Source of the DNA: Candidatus Saccharimonadales bacterium
GTDB taxonomy: Bacteria > Patescibacteriota > Saccharimonadia > Saccharimonadales > DATKHC01
Reading direction: 5' to 3'
Assembly: GCA_035510465.1 (NCBI GenBank)
Contig: DATKHC010000010.1
Coordinates: forward strand, 22,036 to 86,035
DNA: 64,000 nt
Shown here: positions 49,996 through 58,252 of the stretch, in pieces
How positions within the stretch are numbered: the stretch's first letter is position 1
Layout: each line of letters begins with the position of its first letter
Notes under the pieces: generated by a model
Databases searched by the model: none
Told to the model about the DNA's origin: nothing
The model's input: the letters and a program-made list of their open reading frames with translations, nothing else
Made by a program: the position numbers and the translations under genes

Positions 49996-50412
49996 CTAAG
50001 TCAGTTTTAGAAACTCAGCCGGAGTTAGTATTTGAATATTCTCGTATTTCTTTATGACCGTTAAGTCTTTATCGCCGCTAATAATATAGCTGCATTTGCC
50101 AATAACCGCTGTCTCTATAATTTTATTGTCGTCTATATCTCTAGAGACATTAATTACACGACTTCCAAGAGGTACCCATATTGCATATTTTCTAAGCAAC
50201 TTCTCGTATCTTCCTATGCCAGGTATGTGTTCCGGGAACCTAGAGGTTATGATGCGCCTGAGCTCAGACATGATCTCTTCTGACATCACAGGTCTTATTA
50301 CCTTATCGGGGATTAAATTTGTAACTTTTCGAGGAGTTCCTCCGAATACCAGAGCAGAGACAAGAACATTAGTATCAACTACAGCTCTAACTGGCTTTTG
50401 ATTGCTTTTCAC
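49996..50412 (-). CDS. PIN-domain toxin (VapC-like)
   Basis: VRAVVDTNVLVSAL (first acidic Asp) and IISGDKDL, typical PIN signatures. 138 aa. Confidence 0.8.
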   Translation of the reverse strand: MKSNQKPVRAVVDTNVLVSALVFGGTPRKVTNLIPDKVIRPVMSEEIMSELRRIITSRFPEHIPGIGRYEKLLRKYAIWVPLGSRVINVSRDIDDNKIIETAVIGKCSYIISGDKDLTVIKKYENIQILTPAEFLKLT

Positions 50413-50644
50413 TCTTGTACTCTGTAATCTTGTCGTAAACTTGCTGCTCGCTAGTTATTCCTGTCTGTTGGCCCAATTTATTTCCCCAATTGAATAGGTC
50501 TTCCCATTCTTTTCGGCGATCTAGGTCATCTAATGCCAAGCGACGGAAATACTCACTTCGGCTGCCCATATCTTTTTTAACAGCTTCGTCTATTTCTTTT
50601 AAAAGTTTTTCGTCTAACGCGATATTTAGCGTCTTAGTTGCCAT
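50387..50644 (-). CDS. Ribbon-helix-helix (CopG/VapB-like) antitoxin
   Basis: MATKTLNIALDEKLLKEIDEAVKKDMGSRSEYFRRLAL. The likely start is the MATKT Met at 50644. Overlaps the PIN gene by 26 nt. Confidence 0.7.
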   Translation of the reverse strand: MATKTLNIALDEKLLKEIDEAVKKDMGSRSEYFRRLALDDLDRRKEWEDLFNWGNKLGQQTGITSEQQVYDKITEYKSEKQSKAS

Positions 50645-50703
50645 ATTATATTCTCCTTCTACACATATTGTATAGATATTGTATAGGCATGTCAACTTAA
50701 CGT

Positions 50704-50741
50704 GGTACGGAACTCAACCTCAATTCCCAACCAAGCGTAAG
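50704..50741 (+). repeat. Dispersed intergenic repeat, copy F
   Basis: GGTACGGAACTCAACCTCAATTCCCAACCAAGCGTAAG. Confidence 0.65.
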
Positions 50742-50766
50742 AATTTTAATTTGATATTATTAAATT

Positions 50767-50949
50767 ATGCCATCTCCTCGTGTAATTCACGAATTTGAAG
50801 TCGGAGTACCTCCAATAGGACACGATGACGAAAGAATATTGTCTCCAACTGAGACTAGAATACTGAAAAAGTTAATATTGGGCGGAGACGTTGATCAAGC
50901 CACTAACGACTCACTATTAAGTAAGTTTGCCGGATTTATGACAGTTTGA
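50767..50949 (+). CDS. Hypothetical small protein
   Basis: 60 aa ORF immediately after repeat copy F. Confidence 0.3.
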   Translation: MPSPRVIHEFEVGVPPIGHDDERILSPTETRILKKLILGGDVDQATNDSLLSKFAGFMTV

Positions 50950-50972
50950 ACTCTAGCAATAAATAGGATTAG

Positions 50973-51574
50973 CTATCCAGTTTTTTCAGCTAATAACGCC
51001 ATGTGACCCATGCCTGCACACAAACTAGCCCGCTGCCAACTATAATCAGCGTTATGGAAACCGTACTCTGCAAATCCATGTTCAAATTGATCGTTTATGA
51101 ATACTCCCTCAACTTCTGGGCCCATACACGCACAATTACCCATAACCTGTACTCCAATTCCACCAAGTTCTCTTCTGCCTGCTGAAAAACCCATGTGAGT
51201 TCGAGTTGATCTTTGCGGTGTCTCTTCCGGTAATTCATGCAGAGACCTATATGCATCTTGCATAACTCGCCAAGTATCGCTTAATAGCCCTGGGTTGCTA
51301 TCCACCCATTCTTGTAGCTTGGGGCTGGCTATTAGACGACCAGGATAGTCTGGTATGTAGAGGGGGTGTTTCCCGACTTCTGCTACATCTATACCTTCAT
51401 CGCGCTCAGTCCTAAATCTGAGTGACTATAATCATGGGGATCAAAAGAGTCTAAAGGGAGAGATTTATCGGCTATTAAGAAGACTTTGTCCTTGCTGTCA
51501 TAGCTAAATGGATAAAGAGTTGCTCCTGAGCCCTCTCTTGCAAGGTATTCAAAAAACTCGGGTACTTCAGCCAT
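50973..51574 (-). pseudogene. Frameshifted gene (two overlapping reading frames of one probable roughly 230 aa protein), unknown family
   Basis: ORF 51574..51389 ends in ...SAMKV. A second frame is open from 51425 to 50973 with a GTG 'start' at 51305. The two overlap over 51389..51425, so one indel would join them. Confidence 0.45.
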
Positions 51575-51627
51575 AGGTCTAATATATATTAAAATTTTAT
51601 TGAAAGCTAGTAACTTTTGTGATCTAA

Positions 51628-51656
51628 GTTACGGAATTCAACCTAGATTTCCAGCC
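51628..51656 (+). repeat. Dispersed intergenic repeat, copy G (diverged)
   Basis: GTTACGGAATTCAACCTAGATTTCCAGCC. Confidence 0.5.
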
Positions 51657-51665
51657 TTCATAAAC

Positions 51666-52094
51666 CTAATAAGGTGTGTCCTGCCAACTGCTTACCGACA
51701 CCTGAGGTGAGGTGGCATTTACGGTTATAGTAATTTGGTGATAGTAGCTGGTGTAGCCGTTAACTACGCTGCCAAGTGAGCTAATTGAATAGTTCGGGTT
51801 TGTGCCGGATATAGTGTAGTTGCAAGTCTCATTAATACTTGAGTTAAGTGTTTGGGAGCCACTGAGCGGGCTAGGGGAGCCTGGGCTCTGTTGGATAGCT
51901 AGTAGGGCAAGCTGCGCGCAACCGCCTGAAGCAGCTTTCGCCTGAACATTGCCATCTACAGCCCCGGATGAAATACTTGAATTCTGACCGCTCAGAAGCA
52001 GAAAGGCTGCAGTGGTTACCGCAATTACACCTAGCACTAAAACTGTTATCAGGACTATGTAGCCTTTTTCTTGGCTGTTATTTATTCTACTCAT
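51666..52094 (-). CDS. Minor pilin/pseudopilin-like protein (PilX/GspK-like, lacks Glu5)
   Basis: N-terminal KGYIVLITVLVLGVIAVTTAAFLL hydrophobic helix. 142 aa. Last gene of the pilus operon. Confidence 0.5.
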   Translation of the reverse strand: MSRINNSQEKGYIVLITVLVLGVIAVTTAAFLLLSGQNSSISSGAVDGNVQAKAASGGCAQLALLAIQQSPGSPSPLSGSQTLNSSINETCNYTISGTNPNYSISSLGSVVNGYTSYYHQITITVNATSPQVSVSSWQDTPY

Positions 52095-52648
52095 GGCAGT
52101 GTTGCGGCACCGTAGAAAGTTTTTACGTAGTTATACTCAGCCAAGCTTGAGCCGCTTTGGTAACTGAGAGTGAAGTGGAACAATATTGAGCCCTTAGTGT
52201 TGAATAAACCCTCATTGATAAAACTAAGCCCAGATAAATTTACATGTGAGCTTGTTAAATAGGTAACGTTAGCTGGACTGCCTTCGCTAAGCCTCAGTCG
52301 GTTGGTTGTACCGTCGTTATAGGAGTCGAAAACTGTTGGGTTATTGCCGGCGTCCACTACGGTCAGACTAAGCATAGTGTCGGAATTTGCCATTGCTGGA
52401 TCATTAATCGAGCTAGCGTTTCTGATCGTTTGGTCAATTAGGGATACATTAGACTCTCCTTGGTAATTAACTTCTGCTATGGCCTCCGATTTAACCCTTT
52501 GAAGCGAAGTTATCGCCGCCAAACCTACAATCGCTCCAATAACCAGTGAAAATATCGCAAGATACAGTAGAACTTCAGCCAAAGTAAATCCAGATTGATC
52601 GTTTGAGTTGGATAAATCTTTTAATCGGTTCATGTTGGTGCTGTCCAA
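52091..52648 (-). CDS. Type IV minor pilin
   Basis: QSG/FTLAEVLLYLAIFSLVIGAIVGL prepilin motif with Glu5. Confidence 0.7.
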   Translation of the reverse strand: MDSTNMNRLKDLSNSNDQSGFTLAEVLLYLAIFSLVIGAIVGLAAITSLQRVKSEAIAEVNYQGESNVSLIDQTIRNASSINDPAMANSDTMLSLTVVDAGNNPTVFDSYNDGTTNRLRLSEGSPANVTYLTSSHVNLSGLSFINEGLFNTKGSILFHFTLSYQSGSSLAEYNYVKTFYGAATLP

Positions 52649-53085
52649 TTACTAAAAATAGTCGTTGCGCTAACTTGAGGGGTCTCCTGAGCGCTTTCAA
52701 CCCAAGAAACTGTAACTTTGGCTTGTCTCGTTCCATCCGGGCCCTCGGAAAAAACTATGGCGGGGGTAAATATATTGTTCATCGCCGTTGGAGTAGTTAT
52801 CAGGCTCCATTGATTCGATACAGTGGTCAGGTAATATGTAGTTCCGTCAGTGTAGTCAGCCAAGTTTGAATAAGAACTTTGAGCAATGTTGGATACTGCT
52901 TCGATAGCAGCGTTGGCAATTTCTGCACCGTTATAAGCGTCACCAGCCAAGGCCGTGGCCTGACGTCCGTAAACGAAAGCCGACAAAATAATCAAACTAA
53001 TTATTCCAAAAATAGCAGTGGCCAAGATAATTTCAATTAAAAGTAAACCTGCTTGGCTTGAGTTAAACCTGCGTTTGGACTTCAT
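52630..53085 (-). CDS. Type IV minor pilin-like protein
   Basis: SQAG/LLLIEIILATAIFGIISLIIL. Confidence 0.6.
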   Translation of the reverse strand: MKSKRRFNSSQAGLLLIEIILATAIFGIISLIILSAFVYGRQATALAGDAYNGAEIANAAIEAVSNIAQSSYSNLADYTDGTTYYLTTVSNQWSLITTPTAMNNIFTPAIVFSEGPDGTRQAKVTVSWVESAQETPQVSATTIFSNWTAPT

Positions 53086-53549
53086 CAGTAATCAACCATG
53101 CCTTTAGAGTTAACGCTGATCGTAACGCTTTTATTTGACGAGCTTAGATTTATAGAAGCAGGTGATGACGGGAGCCCATAAAGAGCCGAGTAATCAATCT
53201 CGGTCGTACCTGAGGTACTTATACTAGCTGGGATTGTGTAGTTGAAGTCATATGCGGAATTTCTCGATGCGTAAGTATTGCCACAAAAAAGCGTAATAAC
53301 CGGGTTATTTATAGCTACCCCCCAACCACAGCCATGAGATTCACTGCGGCTGTAAATTTGAGCCTGGTAGAGATCCTGGACTAAAATATCCGTTGCTAAA
53401 TCAACTGCCCCATTCTTTTGAGCGCTTGCATAAAAGGGCGCCGCTATAGCGACAATAATACTTATAAGTGCAGTTACAAGTATTACTTCAATTAGAGTAA
53501 AGCCGCCCCCAGCGGCCTTTTGGTTCCCGCTCGCGCTTGAACTAGCCAC
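53085..53549 (-). CDS. Type IV pilin (GspH/FimT-like)
   Basis: GGG/FTLIEVILVTALISIIVAIAAPF. Confidence 0.7.
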   Translation of the reverse strand: MASSSASGNQKAAGGGFTLIEVILVTALISIIVAIAAPFYASAQKNGAVDLATDILVQDLYQAQIYSRSESHGCGWGVAINNPVITLFCGNTYASRNSAYDFNYTIPASISTSGTTEIDYSALYGLPSSPASINLSSSNKSVTISVNSKGMVDY

Positions 53550-54798
53550 TGGCGTTTAGGTTTCCTATTAAGCTGTAGATCGGCAAGAAAACTCCAAGCG
53601 CTACAAATAGGACCCCAACCGCAATAATCACCAAGATAATTGGCTCAAGTAGAGTTTCAAGATTATGGGCTGTGATATCCGCCTTATCCTCATATGACTC
53701 GCCAATTTTCAGCAAACTTTCTGACAGAGTACCCGATTTCTCAGCGCTGACAACTATCTGACAGATTGCTCCTGATAACATTTGACGATTCTTTTTGTTG
53801 GCCAAAATTTTAGCAAAAGAATTACCGACATCAATCTGGTTACTTAGGTCATAGGCAAATACTTGGTAACGTCTGGTGACCATTGATCCAGACAGAGATT
53901 GCAGGGCAGCCACGACCGGTAAACCCGCCTCAAGTAAAGTGCCAAATATATATCCGAAACGAGCTATCTCTGTTTGGAATAGAAGTTTCTTTATTCCGGG
54001 GATGTGAAACATGATAGCCTCCGAAAAAGCTCTAACTCTGAATGAAAGTTTGACTGCAAAAATGAAAGCCACGACCACAATAGCCACAGTGACTGCGAAA
54101 ATTACGCCCCAATGAGCGAAAAAACCACCTATAGCAATCAATCCTCGCGTGATTGGACCAACCTTAACTTGCAAGCTATTAATAACGCTAAGTAAACGGG
54201 GGAGTAAGAATACTCCGACGCCAGTGCCAACAGCGAAAAGTAGACAAACCAAGAAAGCAGGGTAGAGCATAGCTGATTTTATTTTCGAGGACATGACGTT
54301 ATTCTTGTGAACCTGATCAGCAATGACTTTTAGGTTCTGTGGCAACTTACCAGTAGATTCGCCAATTAGGATCAAAGTCACCGCGGACTGGTTGAACAAC
54401 CTGGTCTGCTCGATGGCCTGAGAAAAAGGCATACCCTCGTCAACCTGCTGACGAATTTTTAAAATTGCGCTTTTGATTTTTGGTTTCGAGAGTTCTGTCG
54501 CTATAGAATCCAGCGCTTCTCCAACCGAAACTCCCGCTGTTAACATCATGCTTAAGTTACCAATGATATACTCTGTATCCTCTCGGCTGATGCCTCCAAA
54601 TATCCGTTTTCTGGGGATTTTAGCTCTCAATTGATTAAGCTGCTGACCAAGTGAAGCATCAGGGTCTTCTACAGCTTTCGCTATGGGGTCAATTGTGGTC
54701 GGATTTTGGGCTTCAACTTCAACACTTTTTGGTAGTGGTGGTCCAGCCTGGCCAATAGGTGCGCTTTTTTCTGGTATTTTTGCTTTTTCGACATCCAT
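53542..54798 (-). CDS. pilC: Type IV pilus assembly platform protein PilC (GspF family)
   Basis: 418 aa. Two GspF repeats with 3 TM. 1-bp overlap with pilB. Confidence 0.85.
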   Translation of the reverse strand: MDVEKAKIPEKSAPIGQAGPPLPKSVEVEAQNPTTIDPIAKAVEDPDASLGQQLNQLRAKIPRKRIFGGISREDTEYIIGNLSMMLTAGVSVGEALDSIATELSKPKIKSAILKIRQQVDEGMPFSQAIEQTRLFNQSAVTLILIGESTGKLPQNLKVIADQVHKNNVMSSKIKSAMLYPAFLVCLLFAVGTGVGVFLLPRLLSVINSLQVKVGPITRGLIAIGGFFAHWGVIFAVTVAIVVVAFIFAVKLSFRVRAFSEAIMFHIPGIKKLLFQTEIARFGYIFGTLLEAGLPVVAALQSLSGSMVTRRYQVFAYDLSNQIDVGNSFAKILANKKNRQMLSGAICQIVVSAEKSGTLSESLLKIGESYEDKADITAHNLETLLEPIILVIIAVGVLFVALGVFLPIYSLIGNLNASG

Positions 54799-56495
54799 TA
54801 TCTGGGTTCCGCTACTCTAAGCAATTCTTGAAGAGTCGTCAGACCGGTTTGAATTTTCTCAATCCCATCTTCGAACAAAGTATGATCACCTTGTTTTTTA
54901 GCTAGGCGTTCAATTTCGACAGTTGAAGGATTCTTTAGGATAAGTTCCTTCATTTCTGGGTTTATACTAATTAGCTCAAAAATAGCTGTTCGACCATGAT
55001 AGCCCGTGAAGTTACAGCCATTACAGCCCTTGCCCTGATACAGCGTTACTTTGGGTGTGTGAAAGTACGTATCGGCGTTGGGTAGGTATTCTCTTATAAC
55101 TCCTATGTCCACACCAAAGCTATAGCGGCAGGCTGGGTGAATTGTCCTAACCAGTCGCTGAGCAATAACTAGGTTAAGTGTGCTGGCAAGCAGGAAAGGC
55201 TCCACGTCCATATCAAGTAAACGAGGAATAGCTGCTGCAGCTGTATTGGCATGAAAAGTAGAGAATAGGAGATGCCCAGTAAGAGCGGCATTAACGGCCA
55301 GCTCAGCCGTATCATTGTCTCTGATTTCTCCCACCAAAATAACATCGGGATCCTGCCTAAGCATTGCCCTTAGTCCTTCGGTAAAGTTTATGTGCGTTTG
55401 TTGGTTTACTTGGATTTGGTTAACCCCGACTATCTTGTATTCCACCGGATCCTCGATCGTCGTGACGTTAATTTCTGGGTTGTTAAGCATTTTGATCATT
55501 GAATAAAGTGTGGTGGTTTTGCCTGATCCTGTTGGTCCGGTAGTAATGATCATGCCATAAGGCCTGTGAATCTGTTTGTCTAAAATGGTCTTGTCGGCTT
55601 TAGAGAGCCCAAGGCTCTTAACACTTATCCCCTTAGAGTATTCAGCTAGGATCCTAAGCGCTGCTTTTTCACCGTCTAGCGTTGGTATTACAGACATACG
55701 AACGTTCACAGGTTTACCGTCGATCTTATAGCGAATAGCACCGTCTTGGCTCATGTTGTGTTCATCAATTCGCATATGTGCCTGGACTTTTAGACGGTTC
55801 AAAATATTGTCGTAATACTGCTTGGGTAGCTGACCGGCATCGTGCAGTACTCCGTCAATTCTAAAGCGGATCAGAACAATCGATTCTTGTGGCTCGAAGT
55901 GTATATCTGAGACTTTGAAAGCCGTAGCATCCTTTAAGATTTCATTAATAATCTCTGGTGCTACTCGGTTTTGCTCCTTCAAGATTTGATTGAACCTGGT
56001 AACCAGTGGCTTCCTGTAATGAATTAAAACTTCATTAAGGTCATCCGGCATGGCATAGGCGATTTCGATCGGCCGACTGTCACCGAAGATTCGTTTTAAT
56101 TCCTCAAGTAGCCCAGTTTGGCGAGGATTATCGGTTGCTACAGTTAGGATATTGGTATCACTTTTGTATACGACAACCCGATACTTCTGGCCGACTTCCG
56201 GGGAAATCATACTTATATATTCCTTGGTGGGCTGAAAGACCCCAAGATCCGCAAACTCTACGCCGTAATATCTAGCCAAAGTTTGGCCCATAAGATCATA
56301 GGCAACAATATTTTGGTTCAGTAAATAATCAAACAGACTGATATGGTGGGTAGCAATATAGCCTTCTGCCATTTGCAGCTCTTCATTACTAAGAAACTGC
56401 CCCTTAATCAGTAACGATTTTAAGAGATTGTCGTCTTCCGGCACCAACTTCGGTGCAGTTTTCAGGTTTTGTGGCTGATTTATAGACTGATCCAT
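54798..56495 (-). CDS. pilB: Type IV pilus assembly ATPase PilB (GspE family)
   Basis: Walker A ITTGPTGSGKTTTLYSM. 565 aa with an N-terminal GSPII_E_N domain. C-terminal Cys motif CNGCNFTGY. Confidence 0.9.
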   Translation of the reverse strand: MDQSINQPQNLKTAPKLVPEDDNLLKSLLIKGQFLSNEELQMAEGYIATHHISLFDYLLNQNIVAYDLMGQTLARYYGVEFADLGVFQPTKEYISMISPEVGQKYRVVVYKSDTNILTVATDNPRQTGLLEELKRIFGDSRPIEIAYAMPDDLNEVLIHYRKPLVTRFNQILKEQNRVAPEIINEILKDATAFKVSDIHFEPQESIVLIRFRIDGVLHDAGQLPKQYYDNILNRLKVQAHMRIDEHNMSQDGAIRYKIDGKPVNVRMSVIPTLDGEKAALRILAEYSKGISVKSLGLSKADKTILDKQIHRPYGMIITTGPTGSGKTTTLYSMIKMLNNPEINVTTIEDPVEYKIVGVNQIQVNQQTHINFTEGLRAMLRQDPDVILVGEIRDNDTAELAVNAALTGHLLFSTFHANTAAAAIPRLLDMDVEPFLLASTLNLVIAQRLVRTIHPACRYSFGVDIGVIREYLPNADTYFHTPKVTLYQGKGCNGCNFTGYHGRTAIFELISINPEMKELILKNPSTVEIERLAKKQGDHTLFEDGIEKIQTGLTTLQELLRVAEPR

Positions 56496-56593
56496 ACCCG
56501 TTTCAAATCATTTGGATTTTAATAAATACACCCAAACTTTTTTTCTAACATAACCATTATATCTCAAGGGCCACACCAGTCATACATTCTTTA

Positions 56594-57802
56594 ATGCAAT
56601 TAGTGCATAATGTTATGGATGAGGCAGCAAAAGTGGACAGAGTAGACCTATTAATAGTCGTTATCTTGATATTCGCAGTACTAAGAGGGGCTCGCTCAGG
56701 TTTTATACAGTTAATTTTCTCAACTACCGGCTTTTTAATTGGGCTTTTTTTGGGTTCTTGGATATCAGTCAAACTACTTAAGTCTGTGAGCGTCCCAGTG
56801 ACAAAACTTCTGCTTATTCTTGTAATTGAGGTGGCCCTAACTATAACTTTCTCTTGGTTGGGCGAACTAATTGGAGTTCATTTAAGTCGGAACCTCAATA
56901 AGATTCATCTCTCTCGGCCAAATCAAATATTTGGGAGTATTTTTGAGTTTATTGCGACCCTGGTGATCATATGGTTGGTGGCGTCTGGTTTAACACATGT
57001 CTCAGCCGATAACATCGGTTACTACACTCAGAGGTCTCTGATAGTTCGATCAATCGACAAAACCCTACCTCAAGCGCCAGATCTATTTGCAAGGGTAGAG
57101 AGAGCCCTTACGCCAAACGGTTATCCTAACGTGTTCGTTGGTCTTGAGCCCAATCACACGACGCTCCCTCCAACCAATCCTATTAATAACCAGGCTATTT
57201 CAGCCGATGAAGCCTCGGTTGTAAAAGTAGAGGGAAGGGGATGCGGCGGAACTGTCGAGGGTTCCGGCTTTGTTGCTGCAAAAGGTATCGTGGTCACTAA
57301 TGCCCATGTCATTGCAGGCATACCAAACCCCAGTGTAATTGATGGCTCTGGTAGTTTCCCGGCAACCCCTATTTGGTTTGACCCAAATTTGGATTTAGCG
57401 GTACTTAGAGTTAATGGATTAAGTGACAAATCAATTAATTTGAGCTCTTCCACGCTAGGTTACAGAGATCCTGGCGTCATAATGGGCTTTCCGGGCAACT
57501 CAAGCGCACTTGTAACGGGGAATGCGACCATAATTGATCAAGTAGACGCAATCGGGCAAAACATATATAACCAGGGCCAAGTTAGCCGACAAATTTATGA
57601 GCTTGAAGCAAACGTTGAACCAGGCAATTCAGGTGGACCTTTAATCGACTCTAACGGCGACGTTGCGGGAATAGTTTTCGCAAAATCTCAGAACCAACCG
57701 GAAGTCGGTTACGCCTTAGTAATAAACGATATTAAATCTGAACTTACGCAAGCTGAGAATCAAAATTCTCAAGTTACGGTAGGTGAGTGTACTAGCGACT
57801 AG
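56594..57802 (+). CDS. CvpA-family membrane domain fused to a trypsin-like (S1) serine protease (MarP-like)
   Basis: Four N-terminal TM helices. The protease triad is His in VVTNAHVIAG, Asp in LDLAVLRV and Ser in EPGNSGGPLIDSNG. Confidence 0.75.
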   Translation: MQLVHNVMDEAAKVDRVDLLIVVILIFAVLRGARSGFIQLIFSTTGFLIGLFLGSWISVKLLKSVSVPVTKLLLILVIEVALTITFSWLGELIGVHLSRNLNKIHLSRPNQIFGSIFEFIATLVIIWLVASGLTHVSADNIGYYTQRSLIVRSIDKTLPQAPDLFARVERALTPNGYPNVFVGLEPNHTTLPPTNPINNQAISADEASVVKVEGRGCGGTVEGSGFVAAKGIVVTNAHVIAGIPNPSVIDGSGSFPATPIWFDPNLDLAVLRVNGLSDKSINLSSSTLGYRDPGVIMGFPGNSSALVTGNATIIDQVDAIGQNIYNQGQVSRQIYELEANVEPGNSGGPLIDSNGDVAGIVFAKSQNQPEVGYALVINDIKSELTQAENQNSQVTVGECTSD

Positions 57803-57814
57803 GCGGAATAAAAC

Positions 57815-58180
57815 TTAGGCTCTAGGGAGTGGTTGGAGCATACCAAATTGATTACCTTCGGTATCAAAAGCGTAGGCAAAGTCTCCTATGCCCGGTATGT
57901 TTTGCTTTTTGCCTTTTATTTTGCCACCAGCCTCCACTACTTTTTTCATCATTTCGTCTAAGTCATCGACAGCAATCGTATTAATAACCGGTTGTTTGCT
58001 GTTGCCCCTGGGCATTATTGCTCCGTCGATGCCCATGTCTTTTTCATCTCCAGTTTTAGCTAGCCAGTACTCCATGCCCGACATACCGGAATTACTAATC
58101 GTCCAGCCAAAGACCTCGTAGAACTTTTTTGCTCTGCCAACATCATCGGCTGTTATTTCAAAGTGGACTACTCTTCCCAT
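57815..58180 (-). CDS. VOC/glyoxalase-family protein
   Basis: 121 aa. VHFEITADDVGRAKKFYEVFGW, the betaalphabetabetabeta module. Confidence 0.7.
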   Translation of the reverse strand: MGRVVHFEITADDVGRAKKFYEVFGWTISNSGMSGMEYWLAKTGDEKDMGIDGAIMPRGNSKQPVINTIAVDDLDEMMKKVVEAGGKIKGKKQNIPGIGDFAYAFDTEGNQFGMLQPLPRA

Positions 58181-58252
58181 ACTAAACTCCTTTTATTTAA
58201 TAAAGTTGATAGTTTTAGAGTTTAACGCCATTTTAAATGTTTGCAATAGAGC

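Noticed and set aside
48576-51656. Repeats as tRNA genes or tRNA 3' fragments (GGTTCGAATC in copy H, ...CCGTACCA ends, GGAAT/ATTCC stem)
   Set aside because: I could not fold any copy into a cloverleaf. After the putative T-stem only 3 nt precede CCA instead of a 7-nt acceptor strand plus discriminator. Seven-plus copies of one tRNA 3' end would be odd. The resemblance is flagged only as an open possibility.
49358-51656. Integron attC sites / gene cassette array
   Set aside because: There is no intI-type integrase in the window. Genes are in mixed orientation. The repeats lack the RYYYAAC...GTTRRRY core and are shorter than attC.
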